Translations under genes and position numbers: made by a program | Source of the DNA: Marsupella aquatica | Taxonomy: Eukaryota > Plantae > Marchantiophyta | DNA: 64,000 nucleotides | Direction of reading: 5' to 3' | Assembly: GCA_973895155.1 (NCBI GenBank) | Contig: OZ316892.1 | Span: 17,474,357-17,538,356, forward strand | Notes under the pieces: generated by a model | The model's database searches: none | Told to the model about the DNA's origin: nothing | Seen by the model: the letters and a program-made list of their open reading frames with translations, nothing else | Shown here: piece after piece, positions 53,905 through 64,000 of the stretch | Layout of the letters: the number at the start of each line of letters is the position of its first letter | How positions within the stretch are numbered: the stretch's first letter is position 1

Positions 53905-55880
53905 GACCTTAAGTGAGGGCATAACTCAAAGTGAGGGTGCAAACAAAAAACAAGGATGGGGCATAACTCAAAATGATGGTGCAAAAGCGAAACAGGGATG
54001 GGCAAAGTTGAAAAGAAATTAACATGGAATCCTTTTTAAGTGAGGGTGCAAACAACAAAACAGGGATGAGGCAAGAGGAATAGCATGGAATCCTTTCTTA
54101 GTGAAGGTTTTTTTCCTCAGTGTCTCTATTATGCTGAAGGAACAGGTCATCACTTTGGATCAGTTTTTAGTGAGGGTGCAAACCAAAAACAGGGATGGGG
54201 CAAAGATGAAGAGAAAATACTATGGAATCCCTTTTAAGTCAAGTTTTTTTTCTACTCATCTCTATTATGTTCAAGGAAGTGATAATCAGGGTGCAAACAA
54301 AACACAGTGACAAAAATGAAGAGGAAATAGCACACAATCCTTCTTTTAGTGAGGGTGAAAACAGAAAACAGGGATGCGTCAAAGATGAAGAGTTTATTAA
54401 TAGCATCTAATCTGTTTTAGTCAAGGCTTGGGGGTTTCATTTCCACAAAAATGATATATCACGTGCGACGAAGGATAGGGTTGTTTTATTTGTTCTAACT
54501 GAAGATTTAAGATTTTTTGTCGAAGAACAATAGGGTCTTTTAAATTCAACTTTAAGACTTATAAGAACATTAGGGTCTTTTTAATCCAATTTTTGGAATA
54601 TTCTAACTTTATATGGGTTCAAAACAAATTAAAAATCTTAAATTTTAGAGGGTCCGAGGCCTAAAAATGTCACAGGTGATGGGGAGGTCCCCATATAATG
54701 AGACCCCGAGAGTCAAGGTTTTGTTTTTATCCTCATGCTCTATTATGTTCAAGGAATGGGTAATCACTTTGTATCCCTTTTAGTGAGGGTGCCAGAAAAT
54801 AACAAGGATGGGGCAAAGATGAAAGGGAAATACCATGGAATCCTATTTACGGACCCCCATTAGGGGTCCTTTCCAAAATTCCTGGCTCCACAGTGCGCCA
54901 CATCATCATGGCATGTTGCAAACAGGAAGAGACTTGTTTTTGGATAGAATTAACTTCTGCATTCGTGTTTGTGGCAACTTTGCTATAAAAATTGGGATGC
55001 CATGCCGTAAAAAAGAATGTAAAAAAGCTGACATATAAATCAAAAGACAAAAAGATTGAGGTAAAATTGCTCCCTGTAACGATTTCATTTACATTTTGAT
55101 TTTATTCAAAACATAAAATTTTCCCGGCAGCAATTTTTTATTTGACATTGCTCAGTCAAATCATAATGAAAACTCATGTATAATATGGCGTTAGAAAGAT
55201 CTTGAAGAGACGATCCTAATGAGCTCAGCATTGTCATCATTCGATAAGAATTGAGTAAGTAATTTGAAAAATAAATTTTACCCGTGATTTCATAATCTCT
55301 AATGTGAATAGAAATCTTTGTCGTAAACCCCTTAAATGTTGACCCCTTCCATGAGAATGAACCTAAAATTGACATATTTTATTGAATAGTAAGGAGAATG
55401 ATATTGAATTTTAAGAATTCTTTAGCTTTTTAATGAACATTGATAGATTTAGTTGAGTTTTGAGAAGATTATAAGTTTCCAATGTTCTCTACTTTCCAAT
55501 GAGTGTGAAGTTCATACTGCAACTGGTTTTGTGATTGATGTTAATTATGGTTGCCTTGGTAAGCTTGGCAACTGTTTCAAGTGTCAATCAACATTAACTT
55601 GTGCATTTTTGAATTTTATTTTCTTTAGAATTGGAGGTCCATGTAGGGTTCAGTTTCTAGATAACTACCTCTAAAATAACATGGGGGTCCACGGATTAAT
55701 TTAGCAAGATGAAGAGTAAATAACATGGAACTGTCCTTTCCAGTCAATATTTTTTTCTAGTCATCTCTATTATGTTCAACACATGGTAATCACTTTGGTC
55801 CCTTTTTAGTGAGGGTGCAAACATAGAATAGGGACATGAAGAGGAAATACCCCAGGGAAATACCATGGGATTGTTTTTTT
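53905..55880. repeat. Degenerate repeat array interrupted by an insertion
   Basis: Units resembling AGTGAGGGTGCAAAC.AAAACAGGGATGGGGCAAAGATGAAGAG.AAATA.CATGGAATCC occur from 53930 to 54845 and resume at 55705-55880. Confidence 0.8.
54848..55697. mobile_element. ~850-bp non-autonomous TIR element (MITE-like) inserted in the repeat array
   Basis: Left end TTA|CGGACCCCCAT and right end ATGGGGGTCCACGGA|TTAA. The same left end occurs at ~14039 and the same right end, inverted, at 60572. No ORF. Confidence 0.55.
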
Positions 55881-55884
55881 TGTG

Positions 55885-56844
55885 ACTGAGGGAGTAGTTC
55901 CAGCATTCTGCAACTCTCACTACTTTACCAAACTGCAATGCTTCGTGAAAAGCAAGACCTTTGGGTATATTATACTTGGAATGCTGACCCTCAACTTGAT
56001 TACTGTCATTATCAAGACAAAATTGGATTTAGAGGATGATGTGGCTTCAAAAAGTCTGGCAATGAGTTGAATTAAGCTTTGGATGGATATGCCTGGTGGA
56101 GGTGGTCCTTAAAGTGCTTGTGTCTGGGTTCATGAACTACTGGCGGTCAAGGGAGAACAGATTCAATTTTTTCATCACTTGGATCATAGTTATTGCAGAG
56201 ACACTAGCATATATCCTGGCCAACGATCTCTCTTATCTCAAAAGTCAAAGTGGATTTGATATCTTCTGATTGCACATCTCTTGCGGCTTGTAAGGGTGTT
56301 GATGCTGATGGATAGATTCCAGGTGAAGTTGATGACATTCTTGAATCTGATTCCTACTCTGATGACCATATGTGGGCATCATCTTTTTCCTGTTGTGTAT
56401 CTATTGGAGCGTTGGGGTTCAGACATTTGATGGGGTAGTATATGAGGGGAACCCTATGTTGATAGGAACACCCATGGAAGAGAGTGACTATCTTGTGCAC
56501 AACTTCAATGATTACCCATCAGGCATGGTCGCTTTGTTCAGCTTGCTATGGGCAGTTGGCAAAGTTGGTTGAAGACCTATGCCATCCTCTCAACTCATCG
56601 GGCAACTCACTGGTGCGCCATTGTGCACTTTATAAGCTTCTATGCCATCGCTATCTTGTTCCTCCTGAAGTTGATTGTGGCGTTTGTCTTAGAAGCCTTT
56701 TTTGCGGAGATAGATATGTCAGAAGAATTGAAGGAAATTGACAACAAAGAGGAATCAGCCCAGCGATCACAATCTTGGGAACCAAAAAGTGAACAAGCCT
56801 GCTTGAGAGCTAGAAAGGGGAAAGATATTGTGTGCAAAGATTGA
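55885..56844 (+). pseudogene. TPC1: Intronless, 5'-truncated two-pore channel (TPC1-family) pseudogene covering domain II and the C-terminus
   Basis: FVKSKTFGYII..LNLITVII..LDLE / QKVWQ*VELSFGWICLVE..NYWR..NRFNFFITWIIVIAE / WI*YLLIAHLLRLVRVL / GIIFFLLCIYWSVGVQTF..NFNDYPSGMVALF / MGSWQSW..FISFYAIAILFLLKLIVAFVLEAFFAE is collinear with plant TPC1. It has about 4 frameshifts, 2 stops and no introns. Confidence 0.92.
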
Positions 56845-57046
56845 AAGGGAGCCAGCCAGTTAATAAACAGGGCCAGTGGTGTACCATAATTTTAGATGGA
56901 GAGCCTTTTTACTGGTCGTTCTATGTATTGTGATTTTATTTCTACCTAGTAATTTATTAAAAGTGTGTGACTTCATCCATCTGTCAAATGTTCTATGAAG
57001 CTCTATCTAGGTGGAGGTTTTTCCCTTGATAGGAAACAGGAAACAA

Positions 57047-59190
57047 TTTTTTTTCCATTTCCAACAAGACGAGGCGAAAGTCCCAACCCGCCCAACCCGG
57101 TGACAAAGGCGTCCCGAGTGTGGATGGACCACGGCCAACGGCACACAAAGCCACACACAACACCGACTAATCAGGCTAAGGAGCAATGAACGTCCTCCCT
57201 TTCAAGCTCTAGTTCATGTCAGTCCACATGTCCTCTCTACTGTATCTAATACTCCTAAAGCTCCTATTTCTCTCCTTCCTTTCATACCACACAAACGTCC
57301 CAACAGGGTTGGGAAGAACATCGTAGTGTTTTGTTTGTAAGGGCCCTGATAAAACCGGGCAAACCAGGGACCATGGACCCAATTCTTACTCATCATTGTC
57401 GCCATTCACATTAGAGCAAAGTGAAACCGGACTATCAGTCTCTTCTAAAGGTTGGAGAACAATAGTTAATTGATCAATGACAATTCTAAGTTGTTTGCTT
57501 TTCCTATCGGAGGTGCAACTGTCCTGCATAAACTTCAAGTGTGGTGCAGTGTGTCAGAGAATCACCCATCTAGGGAGTCTGCCCAGAAACTGAGAGTATG
57601 TAGCGGCATTGCGTTCCTTCCAAATGTTGTTGCAGAATTCTTTTAAGAACCATCCGGCCCGGTTGGCGCTTGTGGGTGTGGATGGCATTGCTGATGGCCT
57701 CGAACAAGGAAGTGATAGGAAACTTGAGTGTCGGGGACTGTTGGACTAAATTGTGTACCTCCTACAATCTGGTGGCCACCTTGTTGGAACTGAAAAATAG
57801 ATGTTTAGTGTGTTCAAAGCTCAGGTTGCACCGGGAGCAGATGTTGTTAGAGACTTTCCAATGACTACCTCTACCGTTGGTGAAGAATCCGTGATTGAGT
57901 AGTCTAGAAAAATCTAACCTTGGGAATGGACCAGCCCTTCCAAAGTTTCTTCCACTTCTCTTGCCAACTTCTTTGAGTGCCCAATTGGCCCCATCTCCTA
58001 TTCAGTTTGGTGATGTCCTGTGTCGTGGGGCTTGTGCTCCTCATCCAAATTCTATTTGGGAATTTCCAACCTCTGTTTTTCCCTTCCCACATCCACTGCC
58101 AAGCAGTGCACTCAGATAAACAATGATCACTCAATCCTATTTTGTCTTTCAGTTTGGAGTAGAACCTGATAATTCAGCCCGTCCATTAGGTCTATAGTTC
58201 CGGACTCTGGAATGGATGCAGTCAACGGTGACCCCACCAGTGGGAGGATTGCACAAGTCTGCCAGTGCTTGATCCTTCTAGTAGCTAAATACCGTCTCAG
58301 GGCCGTTCCTTCGGTGTCTGAAATTTGCGTGTTACGAGAGTAGAGTAAAATTGATTGTTCAGTGGTAAGGGAGGCAGGAAACCTGCCAGTGCCAAAGTTG
58401 AATCTGAGGTGCGTGCTCTTCTCTGTCCAGCCTTTTAGTAGACTCTTAAGCGTGGGCAAGCCTTTACTGCCAGCTTCTCACACAGGAGTAGTGCTTCCGC
58501 AGGTGTCCACCATCGTCATTCCTTCTTCCCAGCTCTAGTGTTGAGCCCTTTCTTGATGAGTTTGTTGGCCATTCAAACCCACTCTTTGTTCTCTCCTGTG
58601 AGGATTTTGACAACATGCCTCATCTTCAGAGCTTGAGCCTGCTCATTCAATGGCAGGATGCCTAGGCCTCCCAACTCTTTGGAATTGGCAATACTCTTCC
58701 ACACAATCAAGGCCTTCTCGTGTCTCTGGGCCTGGTTAGATCCCCAGAAAAACCTCCGGCAAAGAGTCTCAAGTTCCTTGTAGCCGGTCACTTGCAGATC
58801 CAGTCTCATCAAATGGTAGGTGGGTATCGCCCTAAGCACGTGCTTGAGAAGAATAGCCCTACCAGCCACATTCAGACTCTAGTTGGACCAGTGAAACAAT
58901 ATTTTCCTCACTTTCCCCAACAGGAAGGCTGAATCTTGTAACCAATTGGGCATCCCAGGTACTCAATCGTTTCCCCGGGCTGAGCAATCTTACAACCAGT
59001 ATCAGCTAACCAGTCCCGATAGATATCCCCCACAAGAAATAAAGGAATGATCCTGGATTTATGAATGTTTAGTAGCGCCGCCGAGATCTTCTCATACAAT
59101 AAAATAGTGTCCCGAGCCGTTTTGAACTCCTCCTCAGTAGCAGTAAGCAATAGGCCTGTATTGTCAGTGAATAGTTGATGACAAAGGAAA
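57047..59190 (-). mobile_element. 5'-truncated, disrupted L1-clade LINE (C-terminal half of ORF2)
   Basis: HQLFTDNTGLL (decayed FADD), LNIHKS, IEYLGCPIG, AGRAILLKHVLRAIPTY, RRFFWG, WKSIANSKELGGLGI. The T8 tract at 57047-57054 is a candidate poly(A) tail on the minus strand. Confidence 0.9.
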
Positions 59191-62100
59191 CAGAAAACAT
59201 GAATTATCATAACAACAAAAATGGTCCAAGATAACAAGAGTTTTTGTGCGCAATGCCAAAAGAAAATTCCCACTTTAGGGACCAAAATTACACTACAATT
59301 TCAACTGAGAAAATGTAATATATGTAGCAAAGATAATTATTATAGACAAATATCTTTACTAATGTCAAAGATTTGCTACAAATGAAGGCATCATTTGATA
59401 ATAGCTCAAGAATGCTTGCAACAAAAATCTTCACAAGCGCAACAGAAGAAACATATAAATCTTAACCCAGTAAGTATTTGCAATTCTTGAGTGTTTGGAT
59501 CTGGAATGTTATGCTCTCTCAAGCTGTCAATCCTTTGTCTAGCGCAAGCCATCTCCAATGCATCTCCATTGACATCTAAGGATACTCAATGAACTTGCTC
59601 TTCCCCTATAGATGAGATTGTCTTGCTGATTGAGTCTTCGTCCTTTTGCTAAGCGTAGCCACTCCCTATATGGTGATCTACCAAGAGGCAATGGATTGTT
59701 GTACAAATGTTATAACCAAAGAAACCATTGGTTACTTTATGTATATACCAATGTTCACGCTCAAAACTACCGTGCACGACGTCAAAACTACATAACTTAG
59801 ATTACACACAAAATTTTATTCCCCATTAGCTAGACACCCCAATTTTCATGCTCAAACTAACTTGAATGGTGTTGAATCATACTTTGATTTGGACGTCTAG
59901 TACTAACAAACTACCGATAAAGGAGCACATCATAGCAATGGTTCCATGCAACTTTCAAAGTACTCCCTAGAAGATTGTAAATGTAGGGATTGACCAAAGG
60001 TTAACATCCTCACATAAAGTATTGTGAACGGAAATATATACTTTTGCTATCAAATGCAATACATTCGGGTCATTTTAATGCTCTAAACAATGATAAAGAG
60101 TTTGACATATTATAAATTTTGATTGAATTGTCTTAGACCATTAGATGATGCTATGTTTGTTTCTGGTAGTAATTAGGTCAGCAACCGTGATTTTTGATAA
60201 TATTATTGATAAATACAACCATTAAAACATAACAAATGATGATTTAATATACTACTAGCACCATAAACAAATATAATAAATGTGAATTAGAGCCATTCTT
60301 TTTGACCAAAATTATAGCAGCACCTAGCGCTAATCAAAATATATTCTTTAGGCTATGTACTCATTTTTGTTCATATTCCCATAGTAGCACCCAACACCAA
60401 CAAAGATTTCTCTTTGGTGGGGTCTCATTACTTTACATAGATATTTCTTTATTACTTGGAAAATTGCATGACCTTCTAAAATATCATTTTGTGTATTTAC
60501 CAACGATAACAAACACAAGAGATAAAATGGTAATACTATTGTTGAAATAGGTGGTATACTAGTAAACAATTAATCCGTGGACCCCCATGTTCATCCAAGG
60601 AATGTGTATGTGATGAAGTGAAATCAATTTTCAACAAGGCGGTAATCGATGGTTTTGAGTCTCCTGGTGATCTTGGTGTATGCTTGTACAAAATAGAACT
60701 CTCAAAAGATAGAGAAGATTGGTTTGGTTGAGATGTGGTTTATCAGACAAAAGGTTGAATGTGGAGGAATTGAGTTTTTTTACGGTTATTGCTTACACCT
60801 TGGAAAAATCTTGTTTCTACCATTCTTGATTGATCAGTTGTGAGTTATGTTGAGCATTACGGCCACAAGACAGACCGGAGGATAACACTCAGTTGTTGGC
60901 GAAAGAGCACTTGTTGTTTTGGTGGGAAGAATGCACGAAATGGATGAGACCTCGGATGAGCCATCACTTCACATGAAAGTTTTGTAGTTTTTTTTTATTT
61001 AAGAAAGTTATGGTGTGAGGGGGAGACTAGCTATAGTTTCTTCAACATAGAGGTTGCATTTGGTGTCAACTTGTGTTCAGAGTGAGCATCAGTTGAAGCC
61101 TGAAGGGACGCAAATAATTCAAGTTGGGAAGCAAGCGTTGCGGACAAGCAATAGCAATGTAATCAAAAAATCAATTTGCAACGGCTAAATTTGTGATGGT
61201 GACGGGATTGTGACATCTCTTCATCAAGAAAGGGAGATGGGCATTTTTTGATGTTGCATTTCTTGAGTTGGTGATGATTCCTTAAGTGTGTGCAAGTTAT
61301 ACAATTATACGGTATCCACCATTCACCTCACAACTCAAACTCAATTGAAGATTGCTCCTCTGTTTCTTTAACGCAATGCGACAGCATGGCAGTACCCTGT
61401 TCACAATCATCTCTCGTTGGTATCTCTCTGATCAAAAGAGAAAAGATAAGGTATGAGCCATTACTTACTTACATTATTTTAGAGGCAGTTATCTATCTAA
61501 TTACATAGTAAACAATTTAAAAGGTAACTAATAGAGTTACAGTAAAAAAATGACGTCTTGTCCTTTGTATTCTGGTTTTTTATATGCTTAATACTTACGG
61601 CATGGCGTCTCATACTTTACACAAATATGAACACAAACATGACAAAGACCTTTCTGTTTTCCTGAAAACCTGCTTCGATCCTTGTTATTGCACCTTGTAC
61701 TTCTAAGCTTGGATAATTTACACATTTTGAAAGCTCATAGCTTATAATACTCATACCCCGTTGCAGTTCAACCACACTAGGGAGATCCCCTCCTCCTCTC
61801 CTTCCTCCTCCTCCCGGATCTCCTTGCCTTGGAGAAACTTGTCATAGTGGCTCATTGGCATCGACCTCCATTGAGCTTCGATCCGGAGTACGTTGCTCCA
61901 GTCATGAAAAAAAACTCTCGCTCAACAAAGGTTGTGGATCCACCTTGGGGGGTTGATTATCAAAATTTTTAGGAGCCACGTGCGATCCAAAATAGGTAAT
62001 TGAGATAAATTACCTAAATTTTTATAAAATATAGGAGGCAAAAGAAGTTATTATAAATTCATATTTATAAAATATTTTATAATATATATTTTTCAAAAAA

Positions 62101-62575
62101 TAAAATAGATCATTAATATTAAAAATAAAGAATATTATTAGAATGTTTATTTTATAAAATATATATATTCTAGATGTACACTCATTATTGGAAAATTCAG
62201 AAATAGCACTAAGGAACACATCTTGGAAGATCTGGAAATCAGCATTTTTCTCTATCCACACCGGAAGTTCAGACAGCACTGAGGAAGACTTTTCTGGAAC
62301 TTCAAGAAATGGGCACTCGATCGTTTAAGAGTCCGCATTCTGATCCTACGGTAACAGCAACGCGAGTCTACAACATCCCTATGTGCAGCATGTCCGGAAC
62401 TAAGCTGTTAGCTCATAAAATGAATTTCCCGAGATGCGCTCTGTTTATGAGTCTCGATCGGAGTCGACAGTCAGTGTTCAAAAGTTAGAAAATTGGTAGA
62501 TGAACGCTGACCCTCCAATTCAAACCAACCAGAGGGAATAAGATGCCCCAGGGGCTCATTCTACACTGTCTACCG

Positions 62576-63840
62576 TCAAAGAATAATTTCCTCTAGAACG
62601 CTTGCACCCAGCATCTTGTGTGGAAGTACTATGCAATTTACCACGACGACCTCGTCCTCCACTGTAACCATTTCACCTGTGGATACACATCAACTCTCAG
62701 GTTAGTAACCTCTGAGATGCACATTGCACATCCAAAACATGTCAGATTGAACAAGCATTGCACATCGAGAACTGTTCAAATATTTCGGATTTGCAAAACC
62801 CGCAGAGGTTTCTCACAAGTTTCTCTTTCTGAGTCAGCTGAGCTCATCAAACTGCGGAAACAAACAGTTTAGCCCATGCAGTGCGATCAGATGATGTACA
62901 GTATTGGATCCTTGGTACATAATTACCTAAAATGGCAATGCCCAGTTTTTGAGTAAAATCGCCACCTCCCTGCATGCGTGAAAACGACCTCAAATGAGAA
63001 CAAGCCTGCCTTGTTTGTTTCACCGCAGTAAAGTTTACACGAAGGTCTTCGCGTCTTCGTCACACATTATGTGGAGAACGAGTAAAGAAGAATGGTTGCT
63101 GAATTTGGTAGAATCAGCTAAGAGAGTGATATATTGTTACCAGGGAAGTTGATTCAAAAGAGAGCTGAATGTTTTGGAGAAGACAAGGACGTTCAAAACA
63201 GGATGGACTCAGCCAAACTACACAACCTGAACATTTATATCCTATCATCTTTGGTCACGAGCACGATTAAATAACTATTCAAGAGCTGACAACTTGCCCA
63301 TACTCCAAAGCTATCAAGTATTGCAATTACCTTGAGATTGTAAATAAGTGAGAGATGGTAGTTATCATTAATGCTTTTTACTTGACTGCGACGAAATTAG
63401 CTTTAGGGGCTAAAGAAATCTTCACAGACTTTCAGAAGATTAATTGCGCCCACCAGAGTGCACGAAAAAAACAAGACGCTAGAGTAATAGTCATTTCTAG
63501 CAATGGGGAAAGAATGATTTGTGACGAGGACAAATGTTTGACCCGGTCTCGAGAGCTTACTTGTACGCGAGACCATCTGCCTATGATTGATTTCCACCCA
63601 ACAATAGAATGCATCACAATTGCATTATCCTGCCAGAATTCCCACAGGTCAGAAATGAGATCACAAGCCCAAATTAGATCTATCTAAATACCGAAACCGT
63701 AAACAAGCAGACAGCATTAAGATGCCAGGATTTCATATGGAATTTACCATGATTTCCACACCATCTAGAATGATACAGTTAAGGAGCCGGACTCCAGGAC
63801 CAATCCGTGCGTTAGGAGAAATGGACACATTTGGCCCAAT
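62576..63840 (-). CDS. KJC1: Last four coding exons of a mannose-1-phosphate guanylyltransferase alpha / KONJAC-like protein; 5' part lies outside the window
   Basis: Exons 63748-63840 (IGPNVSISPNARIGPGVRLLNCIILDGVEIM), 63561-63629 (DNAIVMHSIVGWKSIIGRWSRVQ), 62927-62969 (GGGDFTQKLGIAIL), 62576-62676 (GEMVTVEDEVVVVNCIVLPHKMLGASVLEEIIL*) give the beta-helix C-terminus of the GMPPA/KJC subfamily. KJC1 versus KJC2 cannot be resolved. Confidence 0.93.
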
Positions 63841-64000
63841 CTGCGAGACAATTTCAACAAACATCATGAGAATCTTTGCTGGATTTTACTTCCGTCATGA
63901 CAGATCTCTGTTACCTTGGAGACAAATGAAAGCTAGTAAATGAAGATAGCCAACAAATTCTTCGACAAGAATTCTGCAATCTCTCTGGTTGCGGAGCTAA

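Noticed and set aside
55678-60591. Perfect 24-bp inverted repeat apparently bracketing TPC1 and the L1 as a Pack-type transposon
   Set aside because: Element-interior sequence lies outside this pair (left of 55678 and resuming at ~61476), so these are same-type ends of two separate copies.

Overview
Eukaryotic land-plant nuclear DNA with GT-AG introns. The gene set and intergenic repeats suggest a bryophyte, probably a liverwort (inference). Hand-spliced genes, each giving an in-frame product: 3' end of an acidic protein ending in a GCCG motif (+), an 18-exon aminoalcoholphosphotransferase AAPT with a 10-nt microexon (-), a PAT22-like DHHC S-acyltransferase (-), an IRX10/GUT-like GT47 xylan xylosyltransferase (+), a DUF1639 protein (-), an ATG8 with an intronless CDS (-), and the 3' end of a KONJAC/GMPPA-like gene (-). 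Intergenic DNA holds tandem arrays, MITE-like inverted repeats, a copia RNase H relic, a 5'-truncated L1 and an intronless frameshifted TPC1 fragment. I cannot support a wholly new biological system here. The best leads are a CpG-loss gradient across promoter-abutting tandem copies, two likely retrocopies (ATG8 intact, TPC1 dead), a miRNA-like intronic hairpin, predicted 3'-UTR introns and a decayed coding-like duplication in an AAPT intron.
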